Assembly (NCBI RefSeq): GCF_006345805.1
Contig: NC_042998.1
Location: 187,426,001-187,490,000 of the forward strand
DNA: 64,000 bases
Direction of reading: 5' to 3'
Origin: Octopus sinensis
Taxonomy: Eukaryota
Below are positions 13,031 to 25,529 of the stretch, in pieces. Numbering within the stretch: position 1 is the stretch's first letter; each line of letters starts with the position of its first letter. The notes below the pieces were generated by a model. It saw only the letters and a program-made list of their open reading frames with translations, made no database searches and was not told the DNA's origin. Made by a program: the position numbers and the translations under genes.

Positions 13031-13197
13031 CCTGAAAAGAAGGCAGGCTTGTCATGGTTAGAATACCATTGATCACTAGTTTGTTGAATCAGGGTTGGCC
13101 TCAAGTTAAACAACTATATTGCACTATATGGCTGTCCTTACAAAAGCATACTTGATGAACACATGGACATTGATTAAGAGCTCAACTTTTTACTTAC

Positions 13198-13326
13198 TTT
13201 TTACACAGATGTTTTCACTTTGCTTGTAATTGTCAGAGCAAGTACATCTCTTTGTTTCAGTGGAACAATAGGCATTACGAGCCTTACACTGATCCCCTTC
13301 TTCACATTTTTCACCAAATTTTTTCT
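13198..13326 (-). CDS. RPTP-like gene, six-Cys module 4 (KKFGEKCEEGDQCKARNAYCSTETKRCTCSDNYKQSENICVK)
   Basis: tatatttcag acceptor, gtaagt donor, 129 nt, phase 1-1, C-x5-C-x6-C-x6-C-x-C-x10-C. Confidence 0.88.
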
Positions 13327-13469
13327 CTGAAATATAGATTCTTTGGTTATTGGAATTCATGTTAAACTGATATAATAAACATTACAAAATAGGGTTATAC
13401 AGGTAAAATTCAAAGAAATTTCCATAATAATATTTCCTTATATACAGACTAAGTAACAGGATTGATCAT

Positions 13470-14130
13470 TAGATAATCATTAATTACATAGGGTGGGCAT
13501 AAGAGGTATCAAATGTGGTATGCAAAAGAGCCGACTGGTATGGTCATGTGGTGCATATGGATGAAGACAGCTGTGTAAAGAAGTGCTGATCTCTAACTGT
13601 GGAAGGAACTTGTGGTAAAGGTAGACCCAGAAAGACATGATACGAGATGGTGAAGCATGATCTTGAAACATTGGGCCTCTTGGAAGCAATGAGTAGTGAC
13701 CAAGATCTTTGGAAATATGCTGTGTATGAGGAAACACATCAAGCCAAGTGAAATCGTAGTTGTGGCCAATGCCAATCTCACATAACTAGCACCCATGCTG
13801 GTGGCACATAAAAAGCACCTGTCAGGTGTTGGGCCTCATGGAAGCAAAGACAAATGACCGAGGCCCTTGGCGATATGCTGTACTTGAGTAGAAGACCCAT
13901 CAAGCCAAGTCAAATCATAGTCATGGCAGATACTGGTGTTACGCACCTGACACACATGCTGGTGGCATGTAAAAGCACCCATTACACTCTCGGAGTGGCT
14001 GGTGTTTGGAAGGGCATCTAGCCATAGAAACCATGCCAAATCAGACTGGAATCTGGTGCAACTCCTCAGCTTTCCAGCTTTGGTCTAGCCATCCAACCCA
14101 TGCCAGCATGGACAATGGACGTTAAATGAT
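13470..14130 (+). mobile_element. RTE-clade LINE 3' end
   Basis: RLDWYGHVVHM-like segment, 3' UTR units, ggacgttaaatgatga tail. Confidence 0.8.
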
Positions 14131-14301
14131 GAAGATGTGCAGGTACAGCTGTATGGTTTAGAAGCTCTCTTTGTAACCACATAGTTTCAGGTTCAGCCCT
14201 ACTGTGCGGCATCTTGGGTTAGTGTTTATTACTATATCTCCAAGTTGACCAATACCTTGTGAGTGAATTTGGTAGATGGAAACTGTGTGGAAACCTGTTA
14301 C

Positions 14302-14347
<46 letters not shown>

Positions 14348-15652
14348 ATGTGTGTTGTTGTCTATATTTGCTTTTTCAACCACTGTTTGACAGCTGGTGT
14401 TGGTTTGTTTTCATCCATATAACTTAGCAATTTCGCAAAATTGACCAACAAAATAAGTACCAGATTTTTAAGAAAATAAATATTGGGGTCAATTTACTTG
14501 ACTAAAACTCTTCAAGACTGTACCCTAGCATGATTGCAGTTCAACAACTGAAGTAAGTGAAAAGATAAAAGATAGATAATAATTCTTGAAAAAAATATGG
14601 GATTTTATGTAGATCTATTAAGCAGATGGAAGTTATCTATAAACCTATCAAATTAGGTTAAGCCTAAAGACTGCAGTGGTATCTCTTGCAAACTGACTGA
14701 TAATCTGAAATGCAAGTGCACATCACAAATAAGCAGTGAAAACCTGACATAAAAACTCACAAATTTAGATCAACGTCAATATTCTCAGCATCACCTTCAA
14801 TATTTAAGACTGTTCAATGCTAACTTTAGAACAGATCAGCAAAACAACTTTATCTGTTTTGATTGTTATTTCATGTGAGGCTCAGCATTCTCATGGAAGG
14901 CCTAAAATCATTTCTAAACCCTTCCTAATTTGAAATAAAGGTAATTACAGGTGGTTCTGCTTGTTGATTTTACCTTGAACCATCTATCCATTACCTGTGG
15001 TTAGTAATGGGCAAAGAAATTTCAGGCAGTTCTGATTAGTATTATTTTTTAAATAACACTTTGGACATGCATATAAGTGCAGGTGTGGCTAAGTGGTAAG
15101 AAGCTTGCTTCCCATCCACATGGTTTCAGGTTCAGTCACACTGTGTGGCACCTTAGGCCAACCAAAGCCTTGTGAGTGGATTTAGTAGGCAGAAACTGAA
15201 AAGAAGCCTGTCATAGGTATGTGTGTGTGTGTGTGTCTGTGTGTGTGTGTGTGCGTGTGTGTGCATGTGTATTTATGTTGTCTTTATGTCTGTGTTTGCC
15301 CCTCACCCCCACCATTGCTTGACGGCCAGTATTGGTGTGTTTATGTCCCTGTAACTTAGCAGTTCAGCAAAAGAGACCATTAGAATAAGTACCAAGCTTA
15401 CAAAGAATAAATCCCGGGATTTATTTCTTTGACTAAAAGGCAGTACTCCAGCATGGTAGCAGTCAAATGACTGAAACAAGTTAATGAATAAAAGAATACA
15501 CGGAATATATCCTCAAGGTTTTCTATTTTTGAACTTAAATTAAAAGAGAGTTGACAAGAAGAAAATTTAATGTCCTCATATGGCAGTGCCCCAGCATGGC
15601 CACAGCTTGTGAGCTGAAACTAGAATCAATCAATCATAACAAGTTTACTTAC

Positions 15653-15775
15653 TGTCTACACATTTTCCGTGTTTCCAAAAATAGACCTCAAAACAATCAC
15701 ATCTGTGTTGCTCATTACAGTGGGCCCTTTTATCAAGACACTCTTCCACGGTACAGTTTTTACCATAGGCTAGCT
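15653..15775 (-). CDS. RPTP-like gene, six-Cys module 3 (LAYGKNCTVEECLDKRAHCNEQHRCDCFEVYFWKHGKCVD)
   Basis: ctcttcacag acceptor, gtaagt donor, 123 nt, phase 1-1, C-x4-C-x6-C-x5-C-x-C-x10-C. Confidence 0.88.
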
Positions 15776-15959
15776 CTGTGAAGAGTCAAAAGTTATTAGG
15801 ACAATCAAACTAGAGAAATTAAATTATTGTTATACTGATTTTTATACATTCAAATAAATGATAAATTGTCAGTTTGATGTTGAAGATTATGACACAACTG
15901 ATATATAGAAATGAAAAACATTATCACCATTATTGTTGCTTTCATCATCGCCATCGTTG

Positions 15960-16420
15960 TCACCGCCATCATCATCATCAAATCAAAATCAAAATCGAAA
16001 TCGATTAACATCAATGGAAATTGTAGCTGTGATACCAGTGCCGGTGGCACGTAAGAGAACCATCCGAACGAGGCCGTTGCCAGCGCTGCCCCGACTGGCC
16101 TCCGTGCCGGTGGCATGTAAAAATTACCATCCGATTGTGGCCGTTGTCAGCCTTGTCTGGCCCCTGTACCAGTGGCATGTAAAAAGCACCATCCGATCGT
16201 GGCCGTTTGCCAGCGTCGTCTGGCACCTGTGCAGGTGGCACGTAAAAAGCACCCACTACACTCACGGAGTGGTTGGCGTTAGGAAGGGCATCCAGCTGTA
16301 GAAACACTGCCAGATCAGACTGGGCCTAGCGCAGCCTTCTAGCTTCCCAGACCCCAGTTGAACCGTCCAACCCATGCTAGCATGGAAAACGGACGTTAAA
16401 CGATGATAATGATGATGATT
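15960..16420 (+). mobile_element. RTE 3' UTR tandem-unit array / derived SINE-like element
   Basis: About 6 units containing ggtggca(c/t)gtaaaaagcacc, then ccatgctagcatgg hairpin and (GAT)n tail. Related copies at 1962-2260, 9885-10140, 39320-39450, 54320-54630. Confidence 0.8.
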
Positions 16421-17055
16421 TAATATCTGTTTTCCATGCCGGCATGGGTTGGACAGCTTGACAGAAACTGGCAAGGCTAGGGGTCACACCCGGTTACATA
16501 GTCTGTTTTCACTTGATTTCTATGGCTAGATGCCCTTCCAAATGCCAACCATTCCACAGAGTGTACTAGGTGCTTTTTATGTGGTGCCATCACGGATGTG
16601 CTTTTTACATTGTACCAGCACCCACACCAATGCTCTTTACATGGCACCTTGGATTTAAGACTCAATTTTGTTGTGGTGGATGGTCTTCTTGAGTACAGCA
16701 ATGTGCCACATAGCTCAGTCCTCTGTCATCTCCTTTGTAGGGTTCAGCATTTTGAGATCAGCCTTCAATACTTCATTCTATGTCTTCCAGGGTCTCCCTC
16801 TTCCACAACTTTATTCCACTTTAAATGATTAGCACTTCTTTATGCAACTGTCCTTATTCATTCTCGTCACAGGATCAAATAAGTGTAGTCTCCTCTCTTG
16901 CACACTCAGTGGAGCATACCAACTTCATTCCTTTTCAGCTTTTGCATGCCCTCTGCATTCAGGGCCCATGTCTCACTATCATGCAGCATTGCAGTTCATA
17001 TACAAGCATCATACAATCTTCCCTTCAATCAGGAGGAAATTGTATTACACATGTA

Positions 17056-17087
<32 letters not shown>

Positions 17088-17089
<2 letters not shown>

Positions 17090-17684
17090 GCTTAATTAAA
17101 TTAAATTAAGTCAATCTACCATGGGTTACACTTCATCAGTAAAGAAACCGGGAGAGACAAATATACACGAGGCGTCTGTATCAATGCCTTCGGAATATCT
17201 GTCTTAAAATTTTCAAGACCATCGTATTCGCGCCAACTTATCAGCAGTAAATATAAACTGCCGATTCAATCTCAGAATTAGTCAGAAAATTATCAATTAA
17301 TCAATTTAGGGTAGCAAAAAAATTCAATACAAATTTTTCGCTACGAATGGCCTATTAAGGCCATTCCTAAATTGTTTAATTTTATATATTTAGTCTTTGA
17401 CTATTTTCTCTTTCCCACTAGACCGCTGGTAGCGATAAATTTCTATTGAATTTTTTGCTACCCTAAATTGATTAATTGATAATTTTCTGACTAATTCTGA
17501 GATTGAATCGGCAGTTTATATTTACTGCTGATAAGTTGGCGCGAATACGATGGTCTTGAAAATTTTAAGACAGATATTCCGAAGGCATTGATACAGAGGC
17601 CTCGTGTATATTTGTCTCTCCCGGTTTCTTTACTGATGAAGTGTAACCCATGGTAGATTGACTTAATTTAATTTAATTAAGCTA
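17088..17684. repeat. About 256-bp near-perfect inverted repeat with 84-bp spacer
   Basis: 17088-17344 is the reverse complement of 17429-17684 with only a few mismatches and one 1-nt indel. Confidence 0.95.
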
Positions 17685-18563
17685 GTTTACCATTAAAAAC
17701 ACCGAAACAATACATCGTATAAAGATGAATTAGGGTAAACGTTTTTAAATTTTCACCTAATTTCTGAATTACTACTTAGCGGTTTGAGTTATGGCTGCTC
17801 TTTCTAGTGGACGAATGGCCTATTAAGGCCATTCCTAAATTGTTTAATTTTATATATTTAGTCTTTGACTATTTTCTCTTTCCCACTAGACCACTGGTAG
17901 CGATAAATTTCTATTGAATTTTTTGCTACCCTAAATTGATTAATATATATATATATATATATGGTTAATCCAAACATGAACAAAGAGAAAACACAACAAC
18001 ACGAGGATGTGAAACAAGTATAGTATCATTGGAGGTTCAGAAAAGGAAAGAAAGAAGGAGGATTTAATGTTTCGAGCGGAGCTCTTCATCAGAAACATAG
18101 AAAAAGGAAAGGTCCAAAGAAGACAGAGAAAGAAAATCACCAATGATACACACGTGGTCACAAATATTTATGTGTATGTACGCCAGCCAAGATAAGTCAA
18201 TAATTGTCTAAAGTCGTAAGACGCTCCTGTCCTTTGTACTGTCCACCTTCGTGTTTTTTATTTTTATTTTTGTTTTATATATAATTTTGTTTCTTGTATT
18301 TACATTCGTGTGGCATCCTGTCTTTGTTCCGTATACGTTCGACCCTCTTTCCAAGAAATCCAATGCCTGTGGCTTGGATTTTTCTTGGGGCTGGCCAGAT
18401 CGGAGTGATATCGAGATTAAACAGCCGAAATCACTAAGATGATCCGGTTCCCGACTGAAGATTAGAGGCTTCGAGTGACCCGTCGGTTTTTTGTGTCGTC
18501 TCCTTGTGTGTTTTTGCGTTCTTGTCCCACTTTGTAATTTATATTTTATGTTAAATTCTATAC

Positions 18564-18598
<35 letters not shown>

Positions 18599-18601
<3 letters not shown>

Positions 18602-18825
18602 AAATATGCCGAAATATTGTCTATTAACCATATGAGTAAGTATCTCATTTATTTCTTTTGCCACATGTATCACTGACAAAGAGAGGGCTCTTAGTAGCTA
18701 ACTCTGAAATCGGTCCGAATGAAATTTTTTAGAAATTTCTGTCGACCTTTTTTCGAGTTGTGTGCGTATTGTGAAAAAATTATATGGTTAATGGACAATA
18801 TGTCCAATTTTTCGGCATATTTGGC
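18599..18825. mobile_element. MITE-like element
   Basis: Inverted ends gccaaatatgccgaa...atattgtc.attaaccatat. Confidence 0.6.
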
Positions 18826-19019
18826 ATTAGAATTTTTTCCTTTGCCCTCATTTATGAATTGTTTATAAATTTAACCGTTAATGGTATTTTTTAATATGTT
18901 GGCCATTGATAAAATTTTTTCGAGAAAATATTTTTTTTCGAAAAGAATTTTATCCTCACATTTGATATATATATATGTATATACATACACATAAATATTT
19001 CCAGAACACCTTACTGTCA

Positions 19020-19620
19020 GGGTCAATTGCTATGCACTGCTCTTTTTGCCACCTCCTTGAGATGGTTGGATGATTTATTGTGCTTTTTTCTATCTATATC
19101 TGATTTATGCAGTTTGTATTCCCATTCAGCATTGTGACATTCTTTCCTGACAAGTCTGACTGCTGCAGTCTCCCAATTTGCACTCTTTGGATGTTTTTTG
19201 TGCTTACATGGTACCAATGTCGCATATGCTGTCCATATTCAGGATGTTCTGAAGTATAGTGCTCACATCTCCAGAGTCGTAAAATTCTAGCCAGTTTGGG
19301 CATTGTAGCTTGGTGCAGTAAGAGTTCCAGACTGCTTTATTCCAATCAAAGTGAGCTGTTTGGAGATGGCTGTGGTTTTTGTTGCTACCCAAAAGGGACA
19401 GATTGGCAATGATCATAGCATGTTCAGAGTCACCTAAAGGTTCCTCAGTAGTAACACTAATAACCATTTCAGGAGTAGTGGCAAAGAGAAGATCCAAAGG
19501 CTTGTCACCTCTTGTTGGAGAGATGACTACTTGGAACCAGTTTGAGTCCAGCAGTAGCTCGAGGAAATCATTTGCACTTAGCGGCCAATGGAGGTTTCCC
19601 AATCAATCTCAGGGTGATTG
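19020..19620 (-). mobile_element. CR1/L2-type LINE AP-endonuclease fragment
   Basis: ORF 19204..19602 Q.V.SPTRG...LDL...PLGDSEH motif. Confidence 0.75.
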
Positions 19621-20318
19621 AAGTCATCTGCAATAAAAACATAAGAGATTGTTTACCTTGTGGCAGTTCTGAGGATATTACAAAGTTGTGTGTCCTGATG
19701 GTAATTTGTTGGGGTGGGTGCAGTAAACAACTCCAAGTAGAAGTGTTGACTTCTCATTCCAGTATGGATAACAAGCATTAAATTATGATGATGATGATGA
19801 TGCACAAGTGTTTCCATTTTGCTCACATATTAGTGTATTTTCCTCATAAGTTCTCTCTCTCTCTCTCTCTCTCTTTATACAGGTTTTTGTCCATCCTTTA
19901 CTTTTGAAGCATGAAGTAACATGATTTATTTATTATTTTGGCTGAATTCCAGCCTGGGCTGCAACAACAAAGTTTACCAGCCACATTTCTCAGTCCATCA
20001 TCACAGCCTCAAGGTCCTGGATACATTTCAGGCCAGTGTCTACAATCAAATTGTCGATGTGTGATGACGTTTTCCTTTTCTTGCTTCACCATGAAATTGG
20101 TTCTGCAAGACTAATTTGGATGCCTCCAGTTCATGGTGGTGTATGCAGTGACCAGATAGTCACAGTTGTCTTTGCCTGATCTTCTCTATAACATTCAGCA
20201 GATCCCCATAAAGGCATTCATTTGTCAATAACATATATTTTCAGTTTGGTTCATAAAGAAAAATACAAAAATGAAACACTGTAAAAAAACTTTAAAAAAA
20301 TAACGGATAAAAAATTAT

Positions 20319-20608
20319 CTATTGCATTTGATGGCATATAAGATGCATCTATTTTTTGAAAAACAATGTCTCAAAAAAGTTCCACTTGAGATTATGATGA
20401 TGTTTTTCGAATAACATTGTACAGTGGGTAAGTGTGAGAGGTCAGGACTGGCATGTTTTGAACATAAAACAAGGAGAATATTGTTGACAGGATATATCTG
20501 GTTGAAATGCTAAAGTGTTAATACACTAAAACTTTTTCCTGAATATGTGATGCTGAAATTGGGATGCATCTAATATGCCTGTGCATTTTTATGCCATCAA
20601 ATACAGTA
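20319..20608. mobile_element. MITE-like TIR element with nested piggyBac-MITE remnant
   Basis: About 27-bp imperfect inverted ends ta(t/c)tg(c/t)atttgatggcata. Confidence 0.6.
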
Positions 20609-20647
20609 CTTTCAATATATCTGTAACTTTTATCTATTTTTAAAAAA

Positions 20648-21690
20648 CTATTTCTAAGAGTAATTGTAGTCCTTTCTGTAGTTCAATGTCAATGTTCCGT
20701 TGTTTTTAACTTACTTTTTTCACACTTAGTTCCAAGACGAAAATATTTATCTTCACAGACACACTTTTGAGAGCTGCAAATGGCAAATTCATTTATGCAG
20801 GATGTATTTGTTTCACAATTCTCATTAAGTGCCAATTCTGCAATGAAACACATTAATTATAAAAATTAAACTGTGTACACCAACTTATAATAATTATTAT
20901 ATTAAAATTTATGGAACTCAACAACAGAAATAATGCATTTCTGAATTGTTAGATAATGCTATTAGATTTTCTCTTATGATAATATATTATTGTTATTATA
21001 TTTATTATTCATAATTTTAGGAAGATATCAAAAGATTTCTTTCTTTAAAAATGAATTAGGTACATTTTGGGAGAACATGCATCAAAGTTTCAAGTTTAAC
21101 AAGAATGTTTATGATCAAAATGTGTTGGAGGGTAACAAAACAAATTGAAAATATAAAGAAAAATTACACTGGAAAACACTCAAGAAAGTGTAACGGTTTG
21201 TTGTTAAGGTGTTGGTTGCCAGTATGCAAGATGGAAGAGAACAGTGATAGTGGTTGTAAAGAAATATTTATTTACCGTTACTTTAATATCTACCATACCA
21301 CAACAGGTAGGCTAGTGTAATAGTATAACACAGTTTGTAAAGCATGCAAGGTAAAAAGAGTTAATTTTGGCCTGTATATGAGTGTACACAAAGTAGTATA
21401 TATATAGAGATATGGTGATGTTGCAGAGAAAAGAAAGGGAGCTAATGAAAATGAGAGAGTGTGGATGAGACACTTTCTACATTGTTGTCACTCTCTGAAG
21501 TTATCTCAGTAGAGACAGTATTTTGTTTGAGCTGGTCAGCCGCCTCTCTGTCAGTCGCTCTCACTAACTGCTTTGGCTTACAGAGGGAGTTCTTGTTTTT
21601 CTAACTATCCAAAACCAGCCAGAAGGATAGACATATTGTTGAGAACAATAGATTTCGTTGGCGGTCTGTTATGTCTATTCTAGCTTTTGG
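20648..21690. repeat. Segmental duplicate of 28735-29780 including the Cys module exon
   Basis: Collinear near-identical alignment over about 1.05 kb; 5 differences in about 220 nt of intron next to the exon (hand count). Confidence 0.95.
20715..20837 (-). CDS. RPTP-like gene, six-Cys module 2, recent duplicate of module 1 (LALNENCETNTSCINEFAICSSQKCVCEDKYFRLGTKCEK)
   Basis: Same splice sites as module 1, 123 nt, phase 1-1, all six Cys kept; lies within the duplicated block 20648-21690. Confidence 0.88.
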
Positions 21691-21966
21691 TGAAATAGAA
21701 GAGGTTAGAAGGGTCAAGTGGCAAAGATATTATTCTGCTTAGCAAAGGCATCTGGCAAATGTAACAGCTCTCACTCACAGGAAAACTACTGTTTTACCGT
21801 GAGAAAAGTGCTGTTGAACTGTTAAGTGAAATTTGGCCATCGAGGATTGAATCCACACTATACCTGGGTCAATAAAATAAGTACCACTTGAGTACTGCAG
21901 TTGATGTAATCAACTTATCCCCTATCCAAAATTGCTGGCCTTGTACTAAAATTGGAAACAATTACT

Positions 21967-22003
<37 letters not shown>

Positions 22004-22509
22004 TAATAATAATAATGTTTTTTTTTTTTTGTATCTAAGAAGGAATGCAGGATTTTCTCATTCATATTTTGAATTTCTGTGTTTCTATGTTAATAAGGGA
22101 TTACACTGGGGTCGATGTAATTGACTTACCCCATCCCACCAAATTGCCAGTCTTTTGCCAAAATTTCTAACCTTAGATGACGAAACCTTTCCTAAGTATC
22201 CTAGCTGACCATACTAATACTGTTTTCTGGAACTGCACTAAACTAAGTTTTATGCCTATTTCCTCTATGCATCTGTTCATATATCTAAAGATAGTTCCTG
22301 ATGCACATTTAACTGCTGGAATGTATTTTGCCCACATTTTCCATAACCTCTGTAACTCAATGGCTATGTCCTGGTACTTTGATATTTTTTCTATATTTTG
22401 AAGTTGACTTTCTCATCATTTGTGACTGTAAAATCAACTACCTGGCTCTTCTATTCACTTTGTCTGCTAATACTACTAAATCAGGCCTTCATCATTATCG
22501 TCGTCATCA

Positions 22510-22927
22510 TCATCATCATTTATCATCCATTTTCCATGCCGGCATAGGCTGGATGGTTCGACAAGAGTTAGCAAGCCAGAGGGCTGAACCAGGTCCCAGT
22601 TGCCTGTTCAAACATGGGTTTTATAGCTAGATGACCTTCCAAATGACAGCCACTCCAGAGAGTGTACTGGGTGCTTATTACGTAGTACTGGCACAAGTGC
22701 TTTTTATGTGACACCAGCATGGCACAGGTACTTCCTATGTAGTACCAGCATGGATGCTTTTTACATGGTGCCAGTACCCACAAGGTCACCAAGTGGCTTG
22801 CAAGACAAAGATGTCTCAGCTGAGAGAAGTGGTCATGTGACAGGCGAGAGGTTGGGGTATGATCAGAGGATACAGATAGCTGTTTTGTGACAAGAAATAT
22901 TTGGCTACCCCAATAGGATAAAAAAGC

Positions 22928-22962
<35 letters not shown>

Positions 22963-24150
22963 GGGCCTACCTACAGGGAATAGTGGGTAGAAGGGTATGA
23001 GTCACACAGATGAATTAAAGATGTATCATAACAGTGTGAGGGGATGTATTTAGAGATAAGAAGTGACATTGAGAGGAACTGGAGGGGCATATAGCGGGTG
23101 ATAGAGGTTTTGGTAAGATGGGTTGGGGGTGAGTTTTGCCATAGGACAGAATTATGTGTGCTTGATGAGGAGAGGGAGTGATGGCCATAAAGGACATACC
23201 TCTATGTATGGATGGCCACAATTTTACTTAGCTTGACATGTCTTCTCAAGCACACCAAATTGCCAGAAGTCTCATTCCCTTGTCATCCCCTCATTGTGGC
23301 TCAATATCTGAAGATCCTTTCTCACCACTCTGTCCTACATCTTCCTCTATCTACCCCTTCTACAGGCTCCCTCTACAGCTTAGAGATAGGTACTTCTTTA
23401 TGCAGTTGTTCTCATCCATACACATCCAATAACCACACTCGCACAGTCTTCTCTCATGCACATTACATCTGATGCCTCTTGTACCTGGTTATTTTCTTAA
23501 ATTATTTACACTCTGTCACACATGCACAGTGACATTACCCATCCAGTGGTGTATGCTGGCTTCATTTCTTTCAAGCCTTCACTTATCCTCTATAGTCACA
23601 TCCCATGATTCACTGTCATGGAGCATCGCTATTCATATACAGATAGCATACAATCTGCCTTTCATGCTGAAGGAAACCCCCTTTGTTACCAACTTTGTCA
23701 GCCCATTCTTACTCTAGCAACTACACTGCCAGAGCGTCCTCCTCCAATGTTAACTTGGTTACCTAGGTAACAGAAGTTATCTACTACTTCTAAGGAACCC
23801 CACCCACCAGACATTTGAGGAAAGCTATATTCTGTACATTCTTTGTGTTTATTGTACCTGCACACCTGCCACACACACAGACTACTTTCTCTATACGGCC
23901 GGGTTAGTAACGAAAGGGTGAGATTTGGGTTCAAATTTACATTTAAATAACAACAGGTTCTCACGGCCGGGTTGGTATTATGAACCAAAAAATAATTTTT
24001 CGGTTGGGTACGGCCGGGTTAGTAACGAAAGGGTTAACCTTCCTGTGACACTGCTGCACTTCTTATGTGTCCATAGCTTGCACTGGGTACACTGTATGGA
24101 GTTTCAACTACTATTTTTCTATATATTGAGCAGGGCCAGCTCCCTGGAGG
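22510..24150 (-). mobile_element. Degenerate RTE-clade LINE pieces with internal insertions
   Basis: LEVVDNFCYLG...VARVRMG segment and 3' UTR units; interrupted at 22860-23180 and 23893-24034. Confidence 0.7.
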
Positions 24151-24474
24151 GATCAGTCACACCCTTATTTTTCAAGATATTTGTTTCATTGGGAAATGAA
24201 GAAAAGACCTTTTGTTGGTATTTTCCTGTCAACCAGAAATGTCAGCTTGATATTTCCTGATCCCTCTATCCTCAACTCATTCTTCTAACCTCCTTTATTA
24301 AAATAGAGACTGAGAGATTATTCAACATAGGTTATTGGTATCCTATGGTTAAACATGTTCACCATCATCACTATGATATGTTGTTAGTCACAACTGCAGT
24401 AGCAGCAACAGGGATTAACTACCATAACCAGCCATGCTTTGTCGTACAAATCCATATACATACCTATTTCTTTA

Positions 24475-24695
24475 CTACCTACAAGGGGCTAAACACAGAA
24501 GAGACAAACAAGGACAGACAAACGGATTAAGTCGATCATATCGACCCCAGTGTGTAACTGGTACTTAATTAATCGACCCCGAAAGGATGAAAGGCAAAGT
24601 CGACCTCGGCGGAATTTGAACTCAGAACGTAACGGCAGACGAAATACTGCAAAGCATTTCGCCCGGCGTGCTACCATTTCTGCCAGCTCGCCGCC
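24475..24695 (-). mobile_element. tRNA-derived SINE, family B
   Basis: gcggcgagctggcagaa head, gagttcaaattccgccgaggtcgac B-box region. Copies at 540-755, 33535-33760, degenerate 26480-26620. Confidence 0.85.
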
Positions 24696-25005
24696 TATAC
24701 ATATACATACCTTTAACCCTGGTCAACATCACCAGAAGAGCACAGCTTGCCTGACACTAACATACACACACATCAACAAGCTTAAAAATTTACCCTGTTT
24801 AACTCTCTCCCTCTCTCACTCGCTCGCTCGATTGCTGAGACTGTTTTGTTGATTTTTTGTAGTTTAAAGTAAATAAATATTTTTATGTCGTAGAGAAGAT
24901 TCATCAATTATTCCTTTAATAAACACTTCATTCACCGCCCTTCTCTACAACATATCAATACCAATCATCTATACTGTAAAACAAACATATACACTGGTGA
25001 TTTAA

Positions 25006-25226
25006 CCCTTTAGCATTTAAACCGGCCATATCCGGCCTAAAGTATTCTGCCTGTTTTATGGTCAAACTGGCCAGATTTGGTCTCTCACACCAACCCTACA
25101 ATATCGTTTTAAAAATTAACAGCTACCTCATCAAAATCTCATAGCTACAAGATAATGCATGATTAGTTCAAAACTACGAGGATGAAAAAGCATTAATTTG
25201 GGTAGAATAATGCGAACACTAAAGGG
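25006..25226. mobile_element. piggyBac-type MITE, same family, opposite orientation
   Basis: TTAA flanks, TIR ccctttag, internal similarity to 1307-1527. Confidence 0.82.
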
Positions 25227-25529
25227 TTAAACCAAACACTATTACTGGTAACATACACATTACAACATGCTAGTATGCAGCAACATAAAGTATGGAATAA
25301 TTAAGCTTTCATTGTAATACAAGCTACCATTAGCAGCCCACTATTATTAGTATATTTCTTAAAATTAAAACACTGAGGTTAATTTTTCTTTTCCAGCTTG
25401 CTTATGTTTGCTATTGTACATTTAGTTAGGGTTTCTTGCATCACAATTTTGACATATATGGTGAAATTTACGCTATACTGCTGATAACAGAAACACTATT
25501 TTATATTTTTGGTTTGGTCTGGAGAAATG

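Noticed and set aside
15960-16270. CRISPR-like array of about 20-bp repeats (ggtggcacgtaaaaagcacc) with variable spacers
   Set aside because: Units recur at many sites attached to RTE LINE 3' ends, spacers are related to each other, the genome is eukaryotic and no cas genes are present.
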